A stretch of 64,000 nucleotides of DNA from Pirellulales bacterium (GTDB lineage Bacteria; Planctomycetota; Planctomycetia; Pirellulales; PALSA-1355): assembly GCA_963733035.1 (NCBI GenBank), contig CAVTBU010000005.1:1440001-1504000 (forward strand), given 5' to 3'. The translations under genes were made by a program, and so were the position numbers. A model generated the notes under the pieces. The model saw only the letters and a program-made list of their open reading frames with translations. It did not search any database and was not told the origin of the DNA. Shown piece by piece: positions 53,363 to 62,200 of this stretch; positions within the stretch are counted from its first letter, which is position 1, and each line of letters begins with the position of its first letter.

Positions 53363-53527
53363 ATGTACACAGTAGTCGTCCTGCTTTTCGCTGTGGGTAT
53401 CGCACTGGCGGTACTTCTATCGTATTTTGTTTGGGACACAATGCGTCACACTAGCAAGGTCAGTGACGCCGCCGCCCAGCGTGCCAAGCTACGTGCGGAA
53501 CTCAACCGAAACAAATCGAACTCGTAG
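53363..53527 (+). CDS. 54-aa single-TM protein with basic tail
   Basis: MYTVVVLLFAVGIALAVLLSYFVWDTMRHTSKVSDAAAQRAKLRAELNRNKSNS. Confidence 0.55.
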   Translation: MYTVVVLLFAVGIALAVLLSYFVWDTMRHTSKVSDAAAQRAKLRAELNRNKSNS

Positions 53528-53764
53528 CTGCGCTGCGGTCACATCCGAGTCAGCAGCGTAACGCCTCGCCAAAGGCGCCCGCTTCATTTCTGGCTGAATC
53601 CGAGTGCTCGACGTGTTGTGACAAAATCTGTCAACTTTCTTTTCAGGCGCGTTTGGAGTCTATTAGCACGTTAAGTCACCGTTGGCGAGGACGTGCCGGA
53701 AATTGCTGGAGCGTCCCTGGACCAGACGCCTCGCCCAGCATGAAGTTGGGCGGGGCGTCTTTTT

Positions 53765-53965
53765 TCAACACAACCAAGTTGAGGACGCAGAAAGCATGCG
53801 GTCGTCAGACTGGTTCAGTCTTGCCCACAACCGCTGCATCGCGCGGGTCCACAGCTTGCGTGCGGCGTCATCGCTGCAATCCATCGCTGCGCCGACTTCT
53901 GCAAACGTCAATCGATCCACACTTCGGCGCACGATCTGACAGTAAGTCCTCGGTAGTCCCGCCGA
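53765..53965 (-). pseudogene. Orphan ECF sigma region-4 fragment, close copy of the 3' end of 55697..56335
   Basis: LTFAEVGAAMDCSDDAARKLWTRAMQRL versus LSFAEVGAAMDRSGDAARKLWTRAMQRL; visible DNA identity; no region 2. Confidence 0.75.
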
Positions 53966-54019
53966 GCGGCATGAGGCCGGCACCGTTCAATCTTTGCGTC
54001 GAAGGTATCATTCGCGGCA

Positions 54020-54367
54020 TCACACGCCGACGAATTCGCCACCGCTGATGTACCATCCGTCTCCGCAGGGCTCGCACCAAATAATGTTCAGAGGCACGAT
54101 TGTCGGAGGACCGTCCGGACAGGAAATCCGGCATTCAACTTCACCGGGGACCAGCTTGATGTCATGCAACAGTCCGACACCAAACCGCGAGATTTCTCGA
54201 CTGAATGCCGCGTGCGGCCGGCCGTCGGAAGTTCGCAGCGATACGGATCGAAAGAATGCATGACGCCCGCCACGCAGGCGATGCCTCTTTTCGTTTTTCT
54301 GCGCGTAATTAATAAGGTTCGCAATTGATCCCGAAACTTGGGCTTGCGTCGTTGATTTGTTCGACAT
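54020..54367 (-). CDS. PilZ-like domain protein
   Basis: AAGGAG RBS; EKRHRLR (RxxxR), REISRFGVGLLH (D/NxSxxG variant), IIWCEPCGDGWYISGGEF. Confidence 0.7.
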   Translation of the reverse strand: MSNKSTTQAQVSGSIANLINYAQKNEKRHRLRGGRHAFFRSVSLRTSDGRPHAAFSREISRFGVGLLHDIKLVPGEVECRISCPDGPPTIVPLNIIWCEPCGDGWYISGGEFVGV

Positions 54368-54794
54368 GGGTTATCTCCTTGGAAGGTGGGGGCTCTCTGC
54401 GAGACGTTCCCCTTGAAGGAAGTTCAGGATTGAGTCACCGGCCAATCTGTTAGGCCAACCAATCGGGGTGGGTGAAGGAACCCGTCGCAAGCTTAGGTCA
54501 CTAGAACGCAAGGAGCCTTACATCTGCACGCTACTTGATTGCGACTTTGCGTCAGCTCGAACGGGTTTTGCTGATACTAGCCATCTTTCAAATCCAGAAT
54601 TGTTTCGCACCTAGGACTCAACCTGACATAGCACGGATGCCGATTCCATTTCGTTGGTTAGCCCGACGCAATCGACGCGGCCAATATCGAGGCTGGAGTG
54701 AACTTGTCGCGATGGTTTGCTGGTGAGGCATCCATTCACGTAGGACCTGTCGTGCGACAACAAAGGGTCACCGGCTCACTGTTGATGGGTCCAT

Positions 54795-54831
54795 AAAAAA
54801 GCCCGCGTCACCCTTTCGGCGCGACGCGGGT
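54795..54831 (-). terminator. Intrinsic terminator with GAAA loop
   Basis: Minus strand ACCCGCGTCGCGCC-GAAA-GGGTGACGCGGGC-TTTTTT. Confidence 0.7.
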
Positions 54832-54999
54832 TTCGCAGCAGCTCCGGGTATTACATGTGGCGCACAGAATCCCCGGAGGGGCGATACTTATTAAGGCGCG
54901 GAAACCAAGCGAAACGGACAAAAAATCGGATGGCGACTTCCGAACCCGATTCGCCGGGCTATGAATCACAGCTGTTTCCAGAGAGCGGCAGAGACTTGT

Positions 55000-55305
55000 C
55001 TAGCGAAATCGGTCTTCGGAGCCGGCCGTGCGCAGGTGAGGCTCGAGCTTCGCCATCAAATAGCGACCGTCGAGGCAGTCGATGAGGGTGGACATGACTG
55101 CGAGCTTGGTGTCGTTTGTATCGTCCGGTAGCCAGGCGTTAGCGGGTGTGGCCATTATGAATATCTCAGACAACTCGTCGGCAGTGGTCTCGGAACGGAG
55201 AAGCACATAGAGCGTTGAGAGCCAATTCGACTGCCCGAACGTTAACGGCAATCCGAAGACCGCTAAGGTTTCGCGGATGGTCGCTACAAGCCGCTCGCTT
55301 TTCAT
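55000..55305 (-). CDS. Hypothetical protein (~101 aa)
   Basis: Strong GGAGGTG RBS before ATG 55305; MKSERLVATIRETLAVFG... Confidence 0.55.
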   Translation of the reverse strand: MKSERLVATIRETLAVFGLPLTFGQSNWLSTLYVLLRSETTADELSEIFIMATPANAWLPDDTNDTKLAVMSTLIDCLDGRYLMAKLEPHLRTAGSEDRFR

Positions 55306-55696
55306 TGCGTCACCTCCCAAATCTCGGCGAAGTCTTCTCCTTGGTACGATCCTCAATGCATGCAACACGACGCACACCGAGAGCGGTGTTGGCAAATCAC
55401 CCTAGTGACACCCCCGCCGGCCAACAGGCGAACGCGGACGTATGGACAGTCCCGATGGAGCCGCTAAGCAGTATCGGGAGCACCCTCAATCTACGAGGCG
55501 CTTTTTGAACGACAAACTGGACGCATTACTGATTTGTCATGAGTTCTTGCAGCCAGCGCGGACGAACGGTGTCACTGCATCGAGTACCGCTTGAGCAACG
55601 TGTGACTGTTTGCTGCCGCCAACGAATCTCCGGATGTACTAGAGCCGGCGACGTCGATGGTGGCCGTCTAGACGTAAAAAGCTTGCGGTCGTCGCA

Positions 55697-56335
55697 TTAC
55701 TTCAGGTTCGCACGCAATCGCTGCATTGCGCGGGTCCATAGCTTGCGTGCGGCGTCACCACTGCGATCCATCGCTGCGCCGACTTCTGCAAACGACAGTC
55801 CCTCCAAATTCCTAAGTACAACGGCTTGACGATAACTCTCGGGGAGCCGTCGCAGCGCCCATTGAAGCAGGGCACTATCCTCGGCATCAACGCACCATTG
55901 GCAAGGCGATTTGCACGCAGCAGCACTTGTCGGTTCGAGATCCTTGCCGACAAGGGCATTCAAACTGAGCTCGCGGCAGATGGCACGCTTTGGGGTCAAA
56001 TAACGGCGGCGGGTATCACGCACGCGATTTAAAAGAATTGCTCGCAGCCAGCCAAGTAGCTCTTTTTCCGTGGACCCTTGAAAGCAACTGAATTCTGCCT
56101 GCGCGGCAAGCAAGGTATCTTGGACGACATCCTCCGGGTCCAGTTTTGCGCGGAATCGCTCTGGCAGTAGGCGGTCTGCCACGTGCAGCAGATAACGCTG
56201 GCTGCACTGGAGAAGATAACCCTGAGCTTCCGTACAACCATCGGAGGCCAACCGAATACAGGCATCCTTCTGAATCGAGAGGCTCGGCTCCCCTCCAAAA
56301 ACCGCATTTGGTACTTTTTCGGCGACCGTAATCAT
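55697..56335 (-). CDS. ECF sigma-70 factor (planctomycete type)
   Basis: RFRAKLDPEDVVQDTL, LLGWLRAILLNR, ALRRLPESYRQAVVLRNLEGLSFAEVG, AARKLWTRAMQRL. Confidence 0.9.
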   Translation of the reverse strand: MITVAEKVPNAVFGGEPSLSIQKDACIRLASDGCTEAQGYLLQCSQRYLLHVADRLLPERFRAKLDPEDVVQDTLLAAQAEFSCFQGSTEKELLGWLRAILLNRVRDTRRRYLTPKRAICRELSLNALVGKDLEPTSAAACKSPCQWCVDAEDSALLQWALRRLPESYRQAVVLRNLEGLSFAEVGAAMDRSGDAARKLWTRAMQRLRANLK

Positions 56336-56543
56336 GGTAGTGCTGGGGGCAAAAGTCGAAAATGCATCTTCAGGCAGTGTGTAATTCTTACGGCTATTCT
56401 TCAAGTAGCCTGCAGGAGGGTTTGGTTGAACGAGAAATTCATGGAGTGCCTACGCTTGGTGCCGTGCTGACGGGCGTCGCCAAAAGAAGCTGGACGGGAA
56501 CAGAACCGGCCTGGCTCGATGGACCCAAATTGGCTGGCGATTC

Positions 56544-57299
56544 TTATGTCGCGTGCTTTCTTCGTCGGATCACCAGCAGGGCGACGATCCCGAAAGCGGC
56601 CAACGCTACGCTCGCCGGTTCGGGCACGAGATAGCCCGTCCCAGCCACATTGCCCGTGCCCGCGGCATGAAATCCGGTGAGGAACCCGCCAGCTGATGTA
56701 ACGCCCGTCAAGTTCGCACTCGACATGACGATCGTGATCGGCTGGGATTGGTCAAATTCCAAGTTGAACGGCAGGCTTTGCGCGAACAGATCGGTTGCGA
56801 ATCCCGACACGGAGATGGCGATTTGGCTGCCGGTGTAGAAGAACTGCATCGTGTCGATGTTTAACGCCGCTCCCCAACCGGGAATCGTGTTATTGGTCAG
56901 CAGATCGACGCCGAAGGCGCCGCCGTTGCCCCCGCTATAAACGATGCTGCCGCCGGACGCTGGAATGTTGAGCACGTCTTTGATGTAGATGTCCGCAAAG
57001 ACGTTCGTGTTTTGAACTCCGACGAGAGTGCCGTCGAGGTAGAAGTTCATCGAACCTAGCGGATCGGACTGGGCGGGATCACCAATGCCAACGGTGTTGT
57101 GCGTCCCGGCGTCGAAAATATTTGTTCCGTCGTAATCGAGATTGAGTCCGGTGAACTGAATTTCAAGCGTGCCGGCTTTGGCGACGGAAACCGACAGAAG
57201 CACCGCGACGAGCATCGCGAATGCCGAGAAGCGCCGTGCGATACGGCGAGTGGCTCGCAGCAGGGCAAGCTGCGAAGAGGAACCAATCAGCAGACGCAT
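56544..57299 (-). CDS. PEP-CTERM sorting domain protein
   Basis: GAGGAG RBS, signal peptide, VPEPASVALAAFGIVALLVIRRRK. Confidence 0.9.
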   Translation of the reverse strand: MRLLIGSSSQLALLRATRRIARRFSAFAMLVAVLLSVSVAKAGTLEIQFTGLNLDYDGTNIFDAGTHNTVGIGDPAQSDPLGSMNFYLDGTLVGVQNTNVFADIYIKDVLNIPASGGSIVYSGGNGGAFGVDLLTNNTIPGWGAALNIDTMQFFYTGSQIAISVSGFATDLFAQSLPFNLEFDQSQPITIVMSSANLTGVTSAGGFLTGFHAAGTGNVAGTGYLVPEPASVALAAFGIVALLVIRRRKHAT

Positions 57300-57859
57300 G
57301 AAGCTACTCCTCGGTGTCGGCACGGTGCGCGTCGGAAAACCGGACTGCGATGACGCTCGCTTGAGACTAGTCACCACCCAGCGAAAGTCAACGAAATCCA
57401 GCCGAAGTTTCGCGAGATTTAACGCAGCCTAAATAAATAGCTGTTTTCGCTTTACGTCAAGGACAGGACGTGTCAGGGTACCGGCGCTGCAGCACGAATC
57501 TGGCGCACCATCACGAACCACTCCTGCGCGGTTCCCACACCGAATAAGTCGCCTGTGGAAACAGGTCAGGCATGTTCTTCGCCGCTGATCAAGGCGCCTC
57601 GCGGCGGTCGGGGTGACCGATTTTTGTCGATCAGTTTCAGCGGCGAGATAGTCCCAGTTTAGGTTCCACCAGACCAAGCAAGGGCCATCCAGGGCTTTGC
57701 AAAGCAGTTGCCCGCAAGATTTCTTGTTACCTGAAAGCCGTTTAGTCAGTATGCCGCCATTGGCGGCCTATAGGGAGTTAGAAGGGGTGTTTCGGGAGTA
57801 CGGCTTATCCGCACACTATCCGCTCTTTGATGATGCGCCACATCCTCAGGTACGTAAAT

Positions 57860-58609
57860 ATGAAATCGAAGATTCTGTTGCTGGCTGCAAGTTGTGTGGC
57901 ATGGGCGTGCTTCGGTCCTGCTGCTCATGCGGCAATTTCGATTGTATCTGCCGTAGGGGGGCAACCGATCAGCGGGGCGAACTACGTGACGTTCAATGAC
58001 CTTTCTGCAGGCGGCACCGGCGGCTTCGCTGCCAATACGACAGCCTCGGGCGGCATTACGGTATCTTTTACTCCCGACGCAAAAGTGGTCAGCGGCGCGG
58101 CATCTGGTTTGTATGCCCCTCCTTTTCTCTCGAACAACAATGGCTTGAACTTCGGTGGTCAGGGCAATGGCGCGGACGCAACCAATTATTTAACGAGCGG
58201 TAGCGATGGTGGCAGTTACCCGGCTGCCAAAGCTGTTCTGACGTTCTCCAGCAAGCAGCAGTATTTCGGGCTGTTGTGGGGATCGGTCGATAAATACAAC
58301 ACCTTGCAGTTCTTTGATAATGCGACGTTAGTCGGAACAATCGACGGTAGCCAGGTCGATGCCAATGCGACCGGCGACCAAGGTACATCGGGAACCTTTT
58401 ATGTGAATATCAGCTCGACGCTGGGTTTCGATAAGGTTGTGGCCACGAGTTCCCAGTACGCATTTGAGTTTGATAATGTGGCCTATTCTCAATACTCGGT
58501 CGATCCTCAGGGTGTGCTCTCCGTTCCCGAGCCGGCCAGCATTATCGTCTGGTCGCTGCTCGCCTTAATGTTAGGTGGCGCCAACTGGTGGCGACGACGA
58601 AGTGGCTAG
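57860..58609 (+). CDS. PEP-CTERM sorting domain protein
   Basis: Signal peptide, YFGLLWGSVDKYNTLQFF, AFEFDNVA, VPEPASIIVWSLLALMLGGANWWRRR. Confidence 0.9.
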   Translation: MKSKILLLAASCVAWACFGPAAHAAISIVSAVGGQPISGANYVTFNDLSAGGTGGFAANTTASGGITVSFTPDAKVVSGAASGLYAPPFLSNNNGLNFGGQGNGADATNYLTSGSDGGSYPAAKAVLTFSSKQQYFGLLWGSVDKYNTLQFFDNATLVGTIDGSQVDANATGDQGTSGTFYVNISSTLGFDKVVATSSQYAFEFDNVAYSQYSVDPQGVLSVPEPASIIVWSLLALMLGGANWWRRRSG

Positions 58610-58825
58610 GTTTTGCTTAACCTGCCAAGCAGCGGGGCCTACATGAATCCTGCGCTGCCATTTTTGGGTCCCCACTTTCTTCTTTCGCGGTGGCTGCCTC
58701 GTCGTGTCACCCACGCGATACGTCAGTGGTCATTGACTGGCAGCTTGGAGGAGCAGGCCATGCGCGGGTCATTGATCGCATGAGCCACGGTTCGTGAATA
58801 CTCGACCCGGCTCTCAAGTGGTTTC

Positions 58826-59197
58826 ATGGTGTATGACCTGTTGAGAAGCCAACCAGCCAACCATCGCGAGCCGATTTCGTCGGCGATGATCGACCGTTGG
58901 CATTTCCGAAAACTGTTGTTTGGTTTAACGATCTATGAGGTCACCGCGGTCACTCTGAAAAACGGTCAGCCTGTCGAGATCGTTGGCGACTACGAAGACA
59001 GCCGTATTCAATTGGTCTACTCACGAACTTCTCCCGGAGAACTCAGCGAGATCCATTTCTCGAATAATCCGTCTGCCACGGGAACCGTCATTCGGTGTCC
59101 CGAAGAGATAGCCGCTGTCAGAACGGCACTACGACCCTTGCTCATGCAGTTTTTTGAGAGTCTGGCAGAAGACGTTGGCCTTCCGCCCTCAAACTGA
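58826..59197 (+). CDS. Hypothetical protein
   Basis: 123-aa ORF filling the gap between annotated genes; no recognised motif. Confidence 0.45.
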   Translation: MVYDLLRSQPANHREPISSAMIDRWHFRKLLFGLTIYEVTAVTLKNGQPVEIVGDYEDSRIQLVYSRTSPGELSEIHFSNNPSATGTVIRCPEEIAAVRTALRPLLMQFFESLAEDVGLPPSN

Positions 59198-59266
59198 TCT
59201 AGCCTTGCCTGTTCCGACCTCGTTGAAACATCAATCCGACAGGCATCAGTTCAATGAAGACGCGGA

Positions 59267-62200
59267 TCACCTTAGTTCGTCCGCCGGAATCTCAACCAGC
59301 TCCCCTGCAGTGGAACTGACCATGACGCAGTCGAAGTTCTGCGCGAACGTTGGAAAACCGCTTAGGTGACCTTCCTGTCGAGCGCGGTTGTGAACGTTTC
59401 GAAACAACTGCTCCAGGCTTTCCGGTTGGTCGAGATCCTCGAAGTTCCAACTTATTTGCGGCATGTCGGGGACTTTAAGCAGCAATGCTTGATAGGCGAG
59501 TCCCGCCGATCCTCCATCCGCGACACGCGCTCCAAAGATGGCCCCGCCATACCCCCTCACACGAGCCCATCGGCATATCCGACCGGCGACGTCTGCAAAC
59601 AGGTGTTGTTCAAGGTCGTAGTCCGATCTGGGAGTGCCGATCGGGGATGCAAGTAAAGTGCTTGGGATTTCCACGAGCTTGGCGGAGGCCGCTTTGAACA
59701 CGACCGCCTGATAGTGCCGCTGACTATCCCGCTGAACTCGTACGAACGTCGGGTAACCACCAGCGTATCCGTGCACGGTCGCCCAATCATTGACGGCTCG
59801 AATCAATTGGCACGTCGTGGGCGATCCCTGTCTGTTTCGGCTTGAAGCGTCGGAGAGCTGGTCTTGTTGGCGTGCGTGGTCGGGAAGAAGCGGAACGGTT
59901 ATCGCCCCGTTGCGCACCGTCAAGGCGGACGCGGTGGCAACCAACTGATCAACTTGCGGATCGATCGCCGCATCGCAATTCTCGTCTCGATAAATGGCGA
60001 TCTCGTTTACGCGAGCGTTGACCTCCGCGGCCGACAAAGGACGCCCCTCCAAGTCTTCAAAGCGGAGGGTAACGCTATCGACTAGACGATCTCCGTGTCG
60101 GCGGCCGGCCGTGAACGACCGCATGATCGGCAGCACGGAGCTAGACCGCCACAGTTGCTGCCAACCGGTTTTTGTCTTTTGTTCGAGTTCCACGTCGAAC
60201 CGAAGCCCTTCGTTGGCGCGCCAGATCACGGCGTTCTTGTCGCGTGCGGCAATGATCGCATCCGGTCGCCCGTCGCCATTGACGTCAAATGCTTCAACGC
60301 ACTCGCATCCAGGTGCGTGCCCATCCACTGGGTGCACGGTTTGATTGAATCGTCCTCGGCCGTCGTTTACAAAACACGTCACTCGGTCGCCCTCGTGGTC
60401 GCAAAGCAACACGTCCAGATCACCGTCCACGTCAAGGTCAACGACATCGACATCGGTTGCCCTGACAAGCTTGGTCGCCACGGTATTCGCCAGCGTGAAG
60501 GAGCCCTTGCCGTCGTTGGCAAACCAGACTGCGCTTTCGTCACCCGCATACAGCACATCGGGATCGGTGTCGCCATCCAAATCGGCCGCGACGACTGCCA
60601 TCACGCGACTCGCGTGTGTCGTTACAACGCGCGGTACGGAAAAGCGACCATGCCCTTGGTTGGCGTACCAGGCCACGGTATCGTCGCCGGACGACCCGGA
60701 GAGAATGTCGATATCGCCGTCGGCATCGAGATCCGCCGTTGTCAAGCAAATGTCCCCACCAGTGAACCGGCCGATTGATTGTGGATCGCCGAGTCGGCCG
60801 GCGCCCAGATTCTCAAGCACGACTATCGAAGCGTTCGCCACTGCCCCACATACCAAATCAAGGTCGCCGTCGCCGTCCAGATCGGCCGCGGCCATTCCGT
60901 CCACGTCCCGTAGTTTTGAAAGCGTCCGTCGCTCCTGCGGCGCTCCACTGCTGTCAAACGTTAGCCACCAAGCTTGGCTGTCGGCCGAACAAACAACACC
61001 CGGCAATCCGGACCCGTTAAGGTCCGCCGCGAGGATATTTGAGCATCTGTCCACAGTCGCGGCCCGGTCATGAAATTCCGTACCACTGCCGTCGTTGGTC
61101 AGCATATGTAGCCGGCCCTCGCTACGACTCATCGCCGCGACATCTAGATCGCCATCACCGTCAAAGTCAGCGACCGCCAGCCGTCGCGGTTCCCGAGTTC
61201 CTGAGGCGATCGTGCGGCTTGCTCCAAATGCCGGAATCGGGTGTAGGATTGCCGAGGATGGTAACGGCGACGAGACAACCGAACCTGTTGGCCCATCCTG
61301 GTCGAATGCAGAAATCGGGGCAGGTGGGACGCAGCGAACGCGGATAGGATCGCAGGTGCCAATTGCGTCAGCGGCCATTTCAAACTTGATCAAAAGGTCG
61401 GACTGGCGCTGCAGCGGAATTCTTTCTTCAGCCGCCAGAAGAGGTGCCCACGCGGTATCGGCGATGTCTTTCAGCACGGTCGAGCGCGAGGCGTCACGCG
61501 GCAGGGACCACCGCCAGATTCGTCCCATGCCTTGCGAATCCTGGCCAAGGGCCAGGAGTTGGTCGTCATTGCCGGTAAAAGTGAAGTCGATGATCTCGCA
61601 GCAATCCTCGCATTCGAGTTGCAACAGCGGTTGGCCATTTTGAACGTCAAAAAGCGTGATCAGTACAGAATTCGATTGAGAAAACTGTGGGGCAGTAGCC
61701 AGGATCCGTCCGCGCGACGAAAACTTTAGCGTATAAAGTTCGGTCTGCTGCGGAACAAGCGACCGTACAACCTTCCCTGTCGCGACGTCCCAAAGAGTCG
61801 TTTCGCCTAACTTGCAACAAGCAATTGACTTTCCGTCAGATGAAAACGTCGCGTCGAAAGCATCACCCAGCGAGTGCTTTAATTCTCCCGTGCGAACGTC
61901 GTGCAACCGCACCTGATCCGTTCGAATTGCCAGCCGTTGTCCGTCCGGAGAAAAGGTCATGCGCAAAGGGGCACTTCCGACTTTCACCAGCCTCGTCACT
62001 CTTCCCACTTGCCGGTCGATAATTGCGACGTGTCCCTCGTCGATGCGGAGTGCCACGTGCTGGCTGTCGCTCGACCAAACAAGTTCACCCTGGCATGCCC
62101 ACGGGTTTGCTTGCCGAAGCAGCACTTTGCCCGTCGCGTAATTCCAGATGGCCAACTCTTGCTTGCTCGCAACGGCCGCGTGCATGCCGTCGGGGGCCAA

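Noticed and set aside
53619..53633. TGACA-N5-TGTCA inverted repeat as an operator
   Set aside because: Short single instance with no regulator or second copy identified.
54930..54975. Degenerate tRNA-like segment (minus strand TTCATAG...GGTTCG...GCCA)
   Set aside because: T-stem and acceptor stem do not pair; likely chance.
53765..55860. Template/variable repeat pair of a diversity-generating retroelement
   Set aside because: Differences are not adenine-restricted (C/T and G/A changes occur), several are synonymous, and no reverse transcriptase gene is in the window.
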